A stretch of DNA of 64,000 nt from an uncultured Verrucomicrobiota bacterium. GTDB lineage: Bacteria > Verrucomicrobiota > Verrucomicrobiia > Limisphaerales > JAEYXS01. The stretch is from the NCBI GenBank assembly GCA_964589735.1, contig CAZPUL010000002.1, forward strand, positions 8,176 to 72,175. The letters run 5' to 3'. The translations under genes were made by a program, and so were the position numbers. Shown here piece after piece: positions 18,121 through 27,989 of this stretch. The notes under the pieces were generated by a model, which was given only the letters and a program-made list of their open reading frames with translations, did no database searches and was not told the DNA's origin. Each line of letters opens with the position of its first letter. The first letter of the stretch is position 1.

Positions 18121-18852
18121 TTACTCAGGCGAAACAGCCTGTCGGACGTGCTCGCCCAACGGTGTCTCTGGTGCGTCCGATTCCGGAGTCTCGAGCTTGA
18201 ATATCTCCCGGCCCAAGCCGTCCGTACCGATGCTGGCTGACATGGTCCGGCTTACGGCGGGCTTGAATTCCCCACGGATCCGGACTTCTCGGAAGTGCAG
18301 GATGGAGTCGATATGGCGTGCCTGGTGAGCGGGATAGGACAGCGCGGCAAAAGGATACTCCTGATCATCCGAGGCCGTCCATTTGCCTTGATCGGTGAAA
18401 CCGAAGCGCCGGTAAAAAGTCAGGGAGGCGGGCAGGGCGAAGATCAGGAGATGGATCATAGTATCGGGTTTGCCGATTCCGGTCCGGCCTACGCGCAGCA
18501 GGGTCATGGTGGTGCCGATGCGGTGCTTTTGATAGTCGGGATGCACCAGACCATAGCAGAGCGTGTAGATATTCTTCCCCAACTGAGTCAGTCCGGAGCA
18601 GCCGATGAGCTTGTCACGGAACTCAGCCACCAGCATGCCGTTCTGTGGTTGCTTAAGGTGTGCCGCAAAGGCTTGCTCATCGCCCTCGGGAAAACGTCCG
18701 GCGGCATTCAGCCGGTAGAGGCTCATCAAACGGAGAAAATCCCGGTCCTCGTAAGCGCGGAACTGGACGGGCAAAAGCAACGGTGGATTCAGCTCCCGAT
18801 CCAGGTCGGTGTAGGCGAATTTGCGACGGACCCATGTAAGCAATGCGCGCAC
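18121..18852 (-). CDS. GNAT family N-acetyltransferase
   Basis: V.P.YQKHRIGTTM is the acetyl-CoA motif A. The FYRRFGF motif is present. GTG start. Confidence 0.7.
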   Translation of the reverse strand: MRALLTWVRRKFAYTDLDRELNPPLLLPVQFRAYEDRDFLRLMSLYRLNAAGRFPEGDEQAFAAHLKQPQNGMLVAEFRDKLIGCSGLTQLGKNIYTLCYGLVHPDYQKHRIGTTMTLLRVGRTGIGKPDTMIHLLIFALPASLTFYRRFGFTDQGKWTASDDQEYPFAALSYPAHQARHIDSILHFREVRIRGEFKPAVSRTMSASIGTDGLGREIFKLETPESDAPETPLGEHVRQAVSPE

Positions 18853-19004
18853 GGTGAAATGACCTTCACCTCAACGGTACTCCTGGGTCCGCAACTGTCT
18901 AATGAAATCTTAGACGGACAAACCGTTGTCGGATGAATAAGACCGCGGATTTTTATAGTGTTCCCTTGAGCAAAAGAAGGCGCATGCAAAACTTTGGCTC
19001 CCGT

Positions 19005-19712
19005 TCAGCACTTCGCACTCTTGCGCTTTTTGCCGATGGTGCCGCGGTCCTGGACTTTCCGGATGTAATCGGTGGCGGAGAAGACTTCGCAACTGTTGTT
19101 GCCGAGATCAGCCGAGACGGGGCCGATCTTCGCGGCGGTCTTCAGGGCGAGTTCGGTCAGGGATGATACATAACACCCCACGGCGATGAGGAACATGTTC
19201 ATCTGGTAGCGTACCGCATCAGGGGCCTTGTGGATCTCTTTCTGCACCCGCTGCAAGAGCTGTTTCAGTTCCGGAATGTCGAGGTCGGCGTCGGCCTTCA
19301 CCGAGACGAGGCTGGCGAAGGTGGCCCAACCGATGACGGCGATGAGCGGCTTGGGCGACTCGATCCATTTTAGCGCCATCTCATGCCCGTGCGGATTGCC
19401 GGCGGCCACACTGGCCACGGCTCCGGGCAGGGAACCGGCATAAGCGGCATCCGCCCAGTGCTGGAGGTCGCGCTTGGTCATGCGCGCATCGTCGGCGATG
19501 AGGCTGGCCAGGTACATCGCGTCGTAATTGCCTGTGGCGTAGAGATCGAGCGCGAGCTGGTAATCCATCTTGATGCGCTTCTGGATTTTCTTGAGATCGC
19601 CGATCTTCACCCCGAAGCAGGGCTCTTTGACACAGTAGTTGTTGACGAGCACATTCTTGTAGCTGGCGGTGCCGAGCGGCGCGAGTTCCGCGAGGATTTC
19701 GGTGGCAGTCAT
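19005..19712 (-). CDS. DNA alkylation repair (AlkD-like HEAT repeat) protein
   Basis: The sequence has the length and helical-repeat pattern of this family, with LAPLGTASYKNVL....V.....GVKIGDLKKI and a lysine-rich C-terminus. Confidence 0.75.
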   Translation of the reverse strand: MTATEILAELAPLGTASYKNVLVNNYCVKEPCFGVKIGDLKKIQKRIKMDYQLALDLYATGNYDAMYLASLIADDARMTKRDLQHWADAAYAGSLPGAVASVAAGNPHGHEMALKWIESPKPLIAVIGWATFASLVSVKADADLDIPELKQLLQRVQKEIHKAPDAVRYQMNMFLIAVGCYVSSLTELALKTAAKIGPVSADLGNNSCEVFSATDYIRKVQDRGTIGKKRKSAKC

Positions 19713-19823
19713 AGGGTTGCCACTCTTCTACCAGCAATTGGCCCAAAGGCCAGTGAGGAAATCTGGCGCAGCGATTTTGAATTGTCCAAAGCGCCGGTTG
19801 GGGGGACTCTATAGCGCAAGCAA

Positions 19824-22295
19824 ATGAACAGTAATTTCTTCAACCGACGTGCCGGTGTGGTGTCCGCAGCCATTTTGAGCCTGGGCTTGGGCTGGGGTGC
19901 GGTCTCCGGTGTGGCGGCGGGTGAGCGGCCGCGCAGCATCTCGGGCATCTATCCGCATCTGGCCTATTTCAACAATGAGGGCGAGTGCGGCACGGGCGCC
20001 GTGGTGCCGTGGGCAGACCGGCTCTGGGTCATCACGTATGGGCCGCATCTGCCAAAGGGGTCTTCGGACAAGCTGTATGAGATTGATCGCGATCTGAAGA
20101 TGACCGTGCGCCCCGAGAGCATTGGCGGCACGCCCGCGAACCGCTTCATCCATCGCGAATCGGAACAGTTGTTCATCGGGCCATACGCGATCAGTGAAAA
20201 AGGCGAAGTCCGCACCATTCCTTACTCGGTGATGTATGGCCGCCACACCGGCAATGCGCGGCATCTGACGGATCCGGAGAACAAGATCTATTACGCGACG
20301 ATGGAGGAGGGCATCTACGAAGTGGACGTGAAAACGCTCGCCGTGAAGATGCTTTATGCCGACGAACAGCTCAAAGATGCGAAGGAACCTAAGGCTGACC
20401 TGCCCGGTTATCACGGCAAGGGCCTCTACTCCGGCCAAGGGCGGCTCATCTACGCGAACAACGGCGAACATGGCCCGAAAGCACTCGTCGATCCCTCCAT
20501 CCCCTCGGGTGTGCTCGCGGAATGGGATGGCAAAGATTGGAAAATTGTCCGCCGCAATCAATTCACCGAAGTGACCGGACCGGGCGGCATCTACGGGAAT
20601 GACCGCGCGGAGAAAGACCCCGTGTGGGCCATCGGTTGGGATTACCGTTCGCTCATCCTGATGCTCTTGGACAAGGGCCAGTGGCACGCCTATCGCTTGC
20701 CGAAGGGCAGCCATAGCTATGATGGCGCGCACGGCTGGAACACCGAATGGCCGCGCATCCGCGACATCGGCGAGGGCGACCTGCTGATGACGATGCACGG
20801 GACGTTCTGGAAGTTCCCGAAAGATTTCAGCTTTGAAGATTCCGAAGGCATCGTGCCGCGCTCGAACTATCTGAAAGTCATTGGCGACTTCACCGAGTGG
20901 CGCGGCAAAGTCGTCTTCGGCTGCGATGACACGGCGAAGAACGAGTTCCTGAACAAGCGCAAGGCGAAGGGTGAACTCGCCGGTCCCGGCCAATCGCAAT
21001 CCAACCTGTGGTTCGTGGAACCGGATCAGATCGATGAATTCGGTTCGGCGCTGGGTCGGGGTGCGGTGTGGTTCGATGAAGCGGTGAAGGCGAACACGCC
21101 CTCCGATGCGTTCCTGTTCGAAGGTTATGAGCAGCGCGGCGTGCATCTGACGCATGACAGCGAAAAGCCGGTGACGTTCACCTTCGAGGTGGACCGCAAG
21201 GGGCGGGGCGAGTGGAAGGGCCTGTGCGTGATCGAGGTCCCGGCCAAGGGTTATCGCTGGCTGGAATTCTCGCCGAAGGACAAGGGCGCCTGGGTGCGCG
21301 TGAGTGTGAGCAAGGACACAAAAGCCACGGCGCTCTTCAACTACAGCAACAAAGACCAGCGCGGCAACGAGGCGAGCGAGATTTTCCGGGGCATCGCGAC
21401 GGTGAAGGACAAATACGTCTCCGGCGGGCTCATCCGTGCGCGCGGTGAAAATCTGCGCACGCTGAACTTCGCCGCCCAACGGGCGAGCAACGGCACCACG
21501 ACCGATGCCGGTTACTTCGAACTCGGCGCGGACTTGAAGCTGAGGAAGGTGAATGACCCGAAGGCGCAGGATTGGCTGGAGAAGAATGTAGCGATCCCGC
21601 ACGGGATGTTTCAGGTGGACGCAGCCTCCGTCATCTTCACGGATGACAAGGGCAACCGCTGGCGTCTGCCGAAGGGTGATGCGGCCTTTGACCAACCGGG
21701 CGCGCTGGGCGATGAACGCATCGACCGCGAGGTCTGCACCGAGCGCGATCTCTTCAACTGTCACGGCACGTTCTATGAGTTGCCCGCGGAGAATGCGGGT
21801 GGTTTCGCCAAGGTCCGTCCGGTGACCACGCACAACCGGCGCATCAAAGATTACACGAGCTATCGTGGCTTGCTCATCATGACGGGCATCAGCGACGGTG
21901 CACCGAAGACTTCGGAACACATCATCCGTTCGGAAGATGGCAAAGTGGCCTTGTGGGCGGGCGGCGTGGATGACTTGTGGAAGTTCGGCAAGGTGCGTGG
22001 TAACGGTGGTCCGTGGAAGGATACCGAAGTGAAAGCGAACGAGGTGTCTGATGCCTACCTGATGACGGGTTATGATAAAAAATCCGTCACTTTCCAACAC
22101 GATGCCAAAGACCCGCTGAGGGTGCGCATCGAGGTGGACATCACCGGCACGGGGCTGTGGCGCACGTATCAAGTGGTTGAAGTTCCCGCCAAAACCACGG
22201 TGACGCACAATTTCCCCGATGCCTTGCAAGCGTATTGGGTGCGGGTGGTGGCGGACAAGGTTTGCAAGGCGACCGCGCAATTCCGGTACGAATAG
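19824..22295 (+). CDS. Large secreted conserved hypothetical protein with duplicated C-terminal domain
   Basis: 823 aa with a signal peptide. The coding pattern is strong. An internal duplication links 21084-21345 and 22029-22292 (VKAN.xSDA[FY]L..GY...EVD..G.G.W....EVPAK...AWVRV...K..KATA.F.Y). Confidence 0.8.
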   Translation: MNSNFFNRRAGVVSAAILSLGLGWGAVSGVAAGERPRSISGIYPHLAYFNNEGECGTGAVVPWADRLWVITYGPHLPKGSSDKLYEIDRDLKMTVRPESIGGTPANRFIHRESEQLFIGPYAISEKGEVRTIPYSVMYGRHTGNARHLTDPENKIYYATMEEGIYEVDVKTLAVKMLYADEQLKDAKEPKADLPGYHGKGLYSGQGRLIYANNGEHGPKALVDPSIPSGVLAEWDGKDWKIVRRNQFTEVTGPGGIYGNDRAEKDPVWAIGWDYRSLILMLLDKGQWHAYRLPKGSHSYDGAHGWNTEWPRIRDIGEGDLLMTMHGTFWKFPKDFSFEDSEGIVPRSNYLKVIGDFTEWRGKVVFGCDDTAKNEFLNKRKAKGELAGPGQSQSNLWFVEPDQIDEFGSALGRGAVWFDEAVKANTPSDAFLFEGYEQRGVHLTHDSEKPVTFTFEVDRKGRGEWKGLCVIEVPAKGYRWLEFSPKDKGAWVRVSVSKDTKATALFNYSNKDQRGNEASEIFRGIATVKDKYVSGGLIRARGENLRTLNFAAQRASNGTTTDAGYFELGADLKLRKVNDPKAQDWLEKNVAIPHGMFQVDAASVIFTDDKGNRWRLPKGDAAFDQPGALGDERIDREVCTERDLFNCHGTFYELPAENAGGFAKVRPVTTHNRRIKDYTSYRGLLIMTGISDGAPKTSEHIIRSEDGKVALWAGGVDDLWKFGKVRGNGGPWKDTEVKANEVSDAYLMTGYDKKSVTFQHDAKDPLRVRIEVDITGTGLWRTYQVVEVPAKTTVTHNFPDALQAYWVRVVADKVCKATAQFRYE

Positions 22296-22470
22296 GCTGT
22301 TTTGTTTTGGTCAGGGTGCCTGAAACACAACAAATATTTTCAACCATTAGAAATTGTTAGAAATCTGATTATTGGGCGTGTTTAACTGGCGGTGGCTTGG
22401 GGACAGGCTGCCGCAGGTGAGGGGATTCCACCACGGCTGCCGCCTGAGCCGTTGTCAACCCGTCACGTCC

Positions 22471-24066
22471 ATGGCGGAATCACCGAACCAGCCAGTCAGC
22501 ATCAAGCGGTCTTCTCCCAAAGAAGGCGGTACGGAGTCATTGCTCAATGTCACCGACTCGCTCAACTCCTTGCGCCATGGTCTGCGCACGCCGTTGAACC
22601 AGGTGCTCGGTTACACCGAGATGTTGATGGAGGATGTGGCGGGCCGCTCGACGCAGGCATTGCTGCCTGACCTGGAGCGCATCCACCTGATCGGCGGGCA
22701 ATTGCTGGCGCTCATCAATGAGGGTCTGGCTCCGTGGAAGCTCATGGTCGGCCGCGTGGACCTCGATACGATGGGTTTCGAGATGCGCAGCCCGCTGAAT
22801 CTGATCATGGGTTATGCGGAATTGTGCCAGGAGATCGCCCTTGAACTCGGCGACAAGCGGCTGGTGCCGGACCTGCAAAAGATCATCGGTGCCGCGAAGA
22901 ATCTGCAGAATGCCTTCGAGAGCCCTTCCTTGAAAGAACGTGTGCATCGCTGTCTGCAAAGCGAGAAATCCAAACACCGCACCCGTTGGTTGATGGAAGA
23001 ACCGCCGGAATCCCCGCAGGAGGAGGGGGTGATCCTCATCGTGGATGACAATGAGATGAACCGGGACATGCTCTGCCGTCGGCTGGAGCGTTACGGCTAC
23101 GTCACTTACGAGGCGGAGAACGGCAAGGAAGGTTTCGAACTGGCCCGCAAACACAAGCCGGATCTGATCCTCATGGACGTGGTGATGCCCGGCTCCAATG
23201 GTTACGAGTATCTGGAGCAGTATAAGACGGACCCTACGCTCGGCCACATCCCGGTCATCATGATCTCCGCCTTGGATGAGATGGAGGTGACCATCCGTTG
23301 CATCGAGATCGGCGCAGAAGATTACATCCCGAAGCCCTTCAACCCGGTGCTGCTGAAGGCGCGCATCGAGGCTTCCGTGCTGAAGAAGCGTTTGCGCGAC
23401 CAGGAAAAGGCTCTGATCGACATGATGCGGGCCGAGCGCGAACGGTTGGAACAAGTGCTGAACGGGGCGCTGCCCCAAGTGGCGGCCAATCGTGTCCGTC
23501 AGGGCGAGCCGGGCGGAGTGGATGAAGCCGCGGAGGCGTCCGTGCTGATGGTGGAGGTGGTGGATTTCAAGTCGTTGGCCGGCCAATTGCCCGCGAAGCA
23601 AGCTTCGGCCGTGCTCACGGAGCTGTCCATGACACTCGACTGGCTGGCCCGGTTCAACAAGTCGGACAAGATCCGGACGGGGCCGGGACAGTTCATCATC
23701 GTCACCGGCTTGCTGGCGGCACGAAGCGATCATGCTACCACGGTCTGTGACATCGCGTTGAAACTGCAGCATGTGCTGCCGCTGTTGCGCGCGCAGACAA
23801 AGACGGAGCTGCAACTGCGCATCACCATAGCCTCTGGAGCGGTGGCGGGCGGCGTGATCGGTCGCGCGAGTTATTACTACGAGATCTGGGGCGAAGCGGT
23901 GAACAAGGCGACGCAGTTGGCGGCGGAAGCGGAACCCGGTGCGGTGTTGCTGGATGAGCAGTGTGCCCGGCTGGTGCAGGAGCAGTTCAAACTGGAGGCT
24001 ACGAAATCATCAGGCTCATGGCGGCTGGTGGGCCGTCAGGCAGCAGTCACTTCGGCGGCGGCCTGA
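22471..24066 (+). CDS. Signal-transduction protein: two HisKA-like DHp domains (no ATPase) + receiver + degenerate class III cyclase domain
   Basis: LRHGLRTPLNQVLGYTEML retains the phospho-acceptor His, at 22576-22578. FEMRSPLNLIMGYAEL lacks it. The receiver domain has ILIVDDNEMNRD and LILMDVVMPG...PVIMISA. The cyclase-like tail has VEVVDFKS, GPGQF and GEAVNKATQL. Confidence 0.8.
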   Translation: MAESPNQPVSIKRSSPKEGGTESLLNVTDSLNSLRHGLRTPLNQVLGYTEMLMEDVAGRSTQALLPDLERIHLIGGQLLALINEGLAPWKLMVGRVDLDTMGFEMRSPLNLIMGYAELCQEIALELGDKRLVPDLQKIIGAAKNLQNAFESPSLKERVHRCLQSEKSKHRTRWLMEEPPESPQEEGVILIVDDNEMNRDMLCRRLERYGYVTYEAENGKEGFELARKHKPDLILMDVVMPGSNGYEYLEQYKTDPTLGHIPVIMISALDEMEVTIRCIEIGAEDYIPKPFNPVLLKARIEASVLKKRLRDQEKALIDMMRAERERLEQVLNGALPQVAANRVRQGEPGGVDEAAEASVLMVEVVDFKSLAGQLPAKQASAVLTELSMTLDWLARFNKSDKIRTGPGQFIIVTGLLAARSDHATTVCDIALKLQHVLPLLRAQTKTELQLRITIASGAVAGGVIGRASYYYEIWGEAVNKATQLAAEAEPGAVLLDEQCARLVQEQFKLEATKSSGSWRLVGRQAAVTSAAA

Positions 24067-24071
24067 TGCAT

Positions 24072-24995
24072 TCAAATATCCGGCACCACGAATTTTTGAC
24101 GCAAGAGCGAGAGGAGCGCGGAAACGGCGGTGAGATCGTCCGGCATCTGGTCGATGACGCGGCTGACAATCCCCAGTTCCATCACCAGCAGCAGGGCCTG
24201 CATCTCATCCGGTGGCAGACCAGCCTGCAATCCGGACAAACTTTCGCTGAGCTTTAGTTTGCTATCCCAAGAGGGCAGCTCCGCTTCCAGTGCCTTGATC
24301 TCATCCAGCAGGCGCAAGCCATCGAGGATGGCATTATCTGCCGAAAGTTCGATCTCGTCGGTCACCGGCTGCACGGGGCCTTGTTCGAATACGAAGGTGC
24401 CTTTCGTCCAGCGGAAGATGCGATGTAAGGCGCGCAAGGGCGGCAGCTCGCTGTCATCAATGGTCGCATAGCACACATGTCCGTCGCGGATATGGATACG
24501 GCCCACGACCGGCAGATTCTCAATCCTGACAACTCCAGAACGGCCGTAACGACACAGGAACTGGAGCAGATCCGGAACGGGTGTATCCGCGATGTTGCCA
24601 GCGAGACCGGTAGTGCGATCCTCCTGGCCGCGGGTGCGGACTTTGCTCACGAAGTGGATCTCTGTCTCGCCGCTGGGTTGTTGCGCGGAGATGCTGAAGC
24701 GCGTGATAGACACTACGAGGATGAGTATCTTGCCCAGCCGTAACCGGTCCCCTTCGCGCAGTTCCGCCTGAGCCACCTGCTCCTGGTTTACCTGCACGAA
24801 TTCACCCGTATTCAGGCTGCGGATGGCGGCCCGGTCGCCCCAGCCGGTCACCACGGCGAAGCGCTGGGAGTTGTCGGTCGGGTTGACTGTGATGTCGTCG
24901 TCATCCGTGCGATTCAGCAGCAAAGCACCGCCATCAGGCACGGGGAACTCCCCTCCTTTGTTCGCGCCGTTCAAAAAATGCAAAGCAAGCGCCAC
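24072..24995 (-). CDS. FHA domain + DUF4388 (PatA-N-like) domain protein
   Basis: N-terminal FHA pattern (G.......I.V.....S..FAVV........I..L......V......A.L..GD.L.LG). The central segment PVPDLLQFLCRYGRSGVVRIEN matches DUF4388. GTG start. Confidence 0.8.
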   Translation of the reverse strand: MALALHFLNGANKGGEFPVPDGGALLLNRTDDDDITVNPTDNSQRFAVVTGWGDRAAIRSLNTGEFVQVNQEQVAQAELREGDRLRLGKILILVVSITRFSISAQQPSGETEIHFVSKVRTRGQEDRTTGLAGNIADTPVPDLLQFLCRYGRSGVVRIENLPVVGRIHIRDGHVCYATIDDSELPPLRALHRIFRWTKGTFVFEQGPVQPVTDEIELSADNAILDGLRLLDEIKALEAELPSWDSKLKLSESLSGLQAGLPPDEMQALLLVMELGIVSRVIDQMPDDLTAVSALLSLLRQKFVVPDI

Positions 24996-25126
24996 AGCGC
25001 ACGCATCTTTGTGAGGTCAGAGTTGATTGACAAGGGGGTTAGACGGCCGTTTCCATGAATCTTTTTACTGGCACTTGCCGCTTTCATGTTTGAAGCGGCA
25101 GGCTTCCTGCTCCACGTTGTAATCGC

Positions 25127-25654
25127 ATGCGAGACCGGATTGCAATCGTGTCAGGTGACATAACAAAACAGCGGGTGGATGCCATCGTCAATGCGGCGAA
25201 CAGTTCGCTCACGGGCGGGGCGGGGGTGGATGGAGCCATCCATGCGGCGGCCGGGCAGGAGCTTTACGAGGAATGCCTGGCGCTGGGCGGCTGCCCTACC
25301 GGCGAGGCCAAGGCGACCAAGGGTTACGCCCTGCCGGCCAAATGGGTCATCCACACGGTCGGCCCCATCTGGCGCGATGGCAAGCGCGGGGAGCCGGAGA
25401 AGCTGGCCCGGTGCTATCAGAACTCCTTGAAAGTGGCGGCGGGCTTGCCGGCGAAGACCGTGGCCTTTCCCTGCATCAGCACCGGCGCGTATGGCTTCCC
25501 CATCGAGGAAGCCACGGAGATTGCGCTCAATGAGACCTTCAAATTCCTCCAGCAGGATGAAAGCATTGAGCAGGTCACTTTCGTTTGTTTTGGTCAATCG
25601 ACCTTGAACACCTATCAGCAGATGCTGGAAAAGCATCTGGCCCAATCTTCTTGA
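25127..25654 (+). CDS. Macro domain protein (O-acetyl-ADP-ribose deacetylase, YmdB-like)
   Basis: The motifs GDITKQRVDAIVNAAN..L.GGAGVDGAIH and FPCISTGAYGFP match. Confidence 0.9.
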   Translation: MRDRIAIVSGDITKQRVDAIVNAANSSLTGGAGVDGAIHAAAGQELYEECLALGGCPTGEAKATKGYALPAKWVIHTVGPIWRDGKRGEPEKLARCYQNSLKVAAGLPAKTVAFPCISTGAYGFPIEEATEIALNETFKFLQQDESIEQVTFVCFGQSTLNTYQQMLEKHLAQSS

Positions 25655-25717
25655 GCGCGGGTTCGCGCGGATAAATGTTTGTCCAAAGACGGCGATTGGG
25701 GACTAATGTCCTTAATC

Positions 25718-26983
25718 ATGAATCGCCGAACCTTTTTGGCCAGCACACTGGCGTCTGCCATCGTTGCCAGCACATCCTCTTCCCTGTCTGCAGATAAGAA
25801 ACGCGCCCCGCGCATTTTGCTGCGCTCCTCCTGGCAGGTCGTGAACATCGGGGACATCGCCCACACGCCGGGCGTGCTCACGCTCATCGAGAAATATATT
25901 CCGGAAGCGGAGGTCATCCTCTGGCCCTCGGGCGACATCACGCCCGAAGTGATCGCCATGGAGCACAAACGCTTTCCGAAATTGAAGTTCGTGAAAGGCG
26001 GCATCAATCCGGACGGCACCACCAAGGTCAAGGAACTCGAGGAAGCCATCCAATGGTGCGATTTCATCTTGCACGGCTCCGGGCCCTCCATGGTCGCCTA
26101 CAAGGATGTGTCCGCCGCCGTGAAACTCACCGGCAAACCCTTCGGAGTTTACGGCATCACTTACGGTGGCAGCTCGAAGGAACAGCAGGAATTCATGGGC
26201 AAGGCCAAGTTCCTCTACTTCCGCGACACCGTCTCGCTCGCCAAGGCGAAGGCCGAAGGCATCAACTGCCCCATCATGGAATTCGGTCCCGATGGTGCCT
26301 TCGCCGTCGATCTGCGTGATGATGCTCCTGCGGCCGCTTTCTTGAAAGCGAACGGGCTCGAAGAAAAGAAATTCCTCTGCTGCCTCGCGCGCTATCGCTA
26401 CACGCCTTACTGGCTCGTGAAAGAAGGTCGCGCGAAAGACGCCAAGCGTGATGCCCGCAATCAGGAGATGCGCGATCACGATACCAAACCGCTCCGCGAC
26501 GCCATTATTGCCGTGGTGAAACAGACTGATCACAAGGTGCTGCTCTGCCCGGAAGACGCCACGCAGATGACCATCACGAAGGAAGACATTTACGACAAGC
26601 TGCCTGAAGACGTGAAAAAGCGCGTCGTGTGGCGCGAGAAATTCTGGCTCACGGATGAAGCCCTCAGCACATATTTAAAATCCTCCGGTATCTTCGGTCT
26701 GGAGATGCACTCGCCCATCATGTGCATCGGCAACGGCATTCCGGCCATCGTGTGCCGCTTTGAAGAACAGACCACCAAAGGTTTCATGTGGCGCGACATC
26801 GGCCTCGGCGACTGGCTCTTCGACATGGATAAACCCGACGAAGTCGCCAAGCTCACCGAAACCGTCCTCAGCCTCGTGAAAGACCCGAAAGGCGCGAAAG
26901 CCAAAGTGGCCGAAGCGGCGAAGTTTGTCGAAGAACGGCAACGCATCACAATGGGCGTGGTGAAGAGCAATCTGCCTGCTTGA
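25718..26983 (+). CDS. Tat-signal polysaccharide pyruvyl transferase family protein
   Basis: [18 protein letters not shown] is a twin-arginine signal. The motifs [10 protein letters not shown] and [18 protein letters not shown] match the pyruvyl transferase fold. Alternative starts are at 25706 and 25679. Confidence 0.7.
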   Translation: MNRRTFLASTLASAIVASTSSSLSADKKRAPRILLRSSWQVVNIGDIAHTPGVLTLIEKYIPEAEVILWPSGDITPEVIAMEHKRFPKLKFVKGGINPDGTTKVKELEEAIQWCDFILHGSGPSMVAYKDVSAAVKLTGKPFGVYGITYGGSSKEQQEFMGKAKFLYFRDTVSLAKAKAEGINCPIMEFGPDGAFAVDLRDDAPAAAFLKANGLEEKKFLCCLARYRYTPYWLVKEGRAKDAKRDARNQEMRDHDTKPLRDAIIAVVKQTDHKVLLCPEDATQMTITKEDIYDKLPEDVKKRVVWREKFWLTDEALSTYLKSSGIFGLEMHSPIMCIGNGIPAIVCRFEEQTTKGFMWRDIGLGDWLFDMDKPDEVAKLTETVLSLVKDPKGAKAKVAEAAKFVEERQRITMGVVKSNLPA

Positions 26984-27002
26984 ATTTAAATCTGGAGGGA
27001 AC

Positions 27003-27968
27003 ATGAAACTTTTTTCGATGACTGTGGTGACGGCGCTTGCGATGTCGTGCGGTCTGCTCGACGGTGCGGAAGCTGTAGGGAAAGCCAAGGTGGTGACTGA
27101 GACCCCGAACCTCATCGCCTTCTGGACATTTGGTGAAGAGGCGGGGCAGCCGCGTAATTCCAGTGGCACTAAGGAAAAGCATCCCATGAAAGAAGTCGGC
27201 ACTCCCATCGTCCGCGTGGAAGGCGGGCCTTTCTCTGGCTATGCGGCTGATTTGAATGGGAAGCAGTATTTCTCGATTCCCTATGCCGAGACGGGTGATC
27301 TGAATATCGGCGGACCGGGAGCGCAGGTGAGCATGTTCGCCGTGGTGAACATCCAGAATCTCAAGCAGAGCCGCACCATCGCGGGCATGTGGAGCGAGGG
27401 CAAAGGCGCGAATGATGACACCGGCACGCGCCAATACGCGATGCTCATGAACATGCCCACCTACGGCGGCCCGAACAAACTCGTGCCGCATATCTCCAGC
27501 GAAGGCGGGGTGACTCGGCGTGCGGATGGCAGCGCCTTTCCTTGGTGCGCCGATTACGCCGCCACAAAGAGCGAGGTGCCCACGAACCAATGGTGTACGC
27601 TCGCCTTCACCTACGATGGCAAATACATCCGCGCTTACATCAACGGCGTGCTCGACAAGATGGAACTCGATCCTGTGAAGCACAAACGCACCGACCCTTA
27701 CTTCACGAACGAAGGCCCGGGCGGCAAAGATCGCGGCATGAATCCGTATTATCACGGGCGAGGCATCTTCAGTTACGACCCGGAGAAGCACAAAGACCGC
27801 ATCGGTGGCGCGGACTTCACTGTAGGCGCACGCTATGCCGTCGGCTCCATGCTCGGTGAAGCGACCATCGGCAAATTCGGCGGCCTCGCCGTCTTCAACC
27901 GCGCATTGACGGATGAAGAAATGAAGAAACTGCACGACGCTGCGAATGTAAGTGCGTTGAACAAATAA
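27003..27968 (+). CDS. Secreted LamG / concanavalin A-like lectin domain protein
   Basis: GGAGGGA RBS and a signal peptide. The motifs [31 protein letters not shown] and [15 protein letters not shown] match. Confidence 0.75.
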   Translation: MKLFSMTVVTALAMSCGLLDGAEAVGKAKVVTETPNLIAFWTFGEEAGQPRNSSGTKEKHPMKEVGTPIVRVEGGPFSGYAADLNGKQYFSIPYAETGDLNIGGPGAQVSMFAVVNIQNLKQSRTIAGMWSEGKGANDDTGTRQYAMLMNMPTYGGPNKLVPHISSEGGVTRRADGSAFPWCADYAATKSEVPTNQWCTLAFTYDGKYIRAYINGVLDKMELDPVKHKRTDPYFTNEGPGGKDRGMNPYYHGRGIFSYDPEKHKDRIGGADFTVGARYAVGSMLGEATIGKFGGLAVFNRALTDEEMKKLHDAANVSALNK

Positions 27969-27989
27969 TCATTTCGGGAAGCAAACCAC

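Noticed and set aside
19809-22280. An 823-aa minus-strand ORF exactly mirrors the 823-aa plus-strand gene.
   Set aside because: This is an antisense shadow ORF typical of GC-rich coding DNA. Its translation is Arg/His/Pro-rich low-complexity sequence with no motifs, while the plus-strand product has a signal peptide and an internally duplicated domain.
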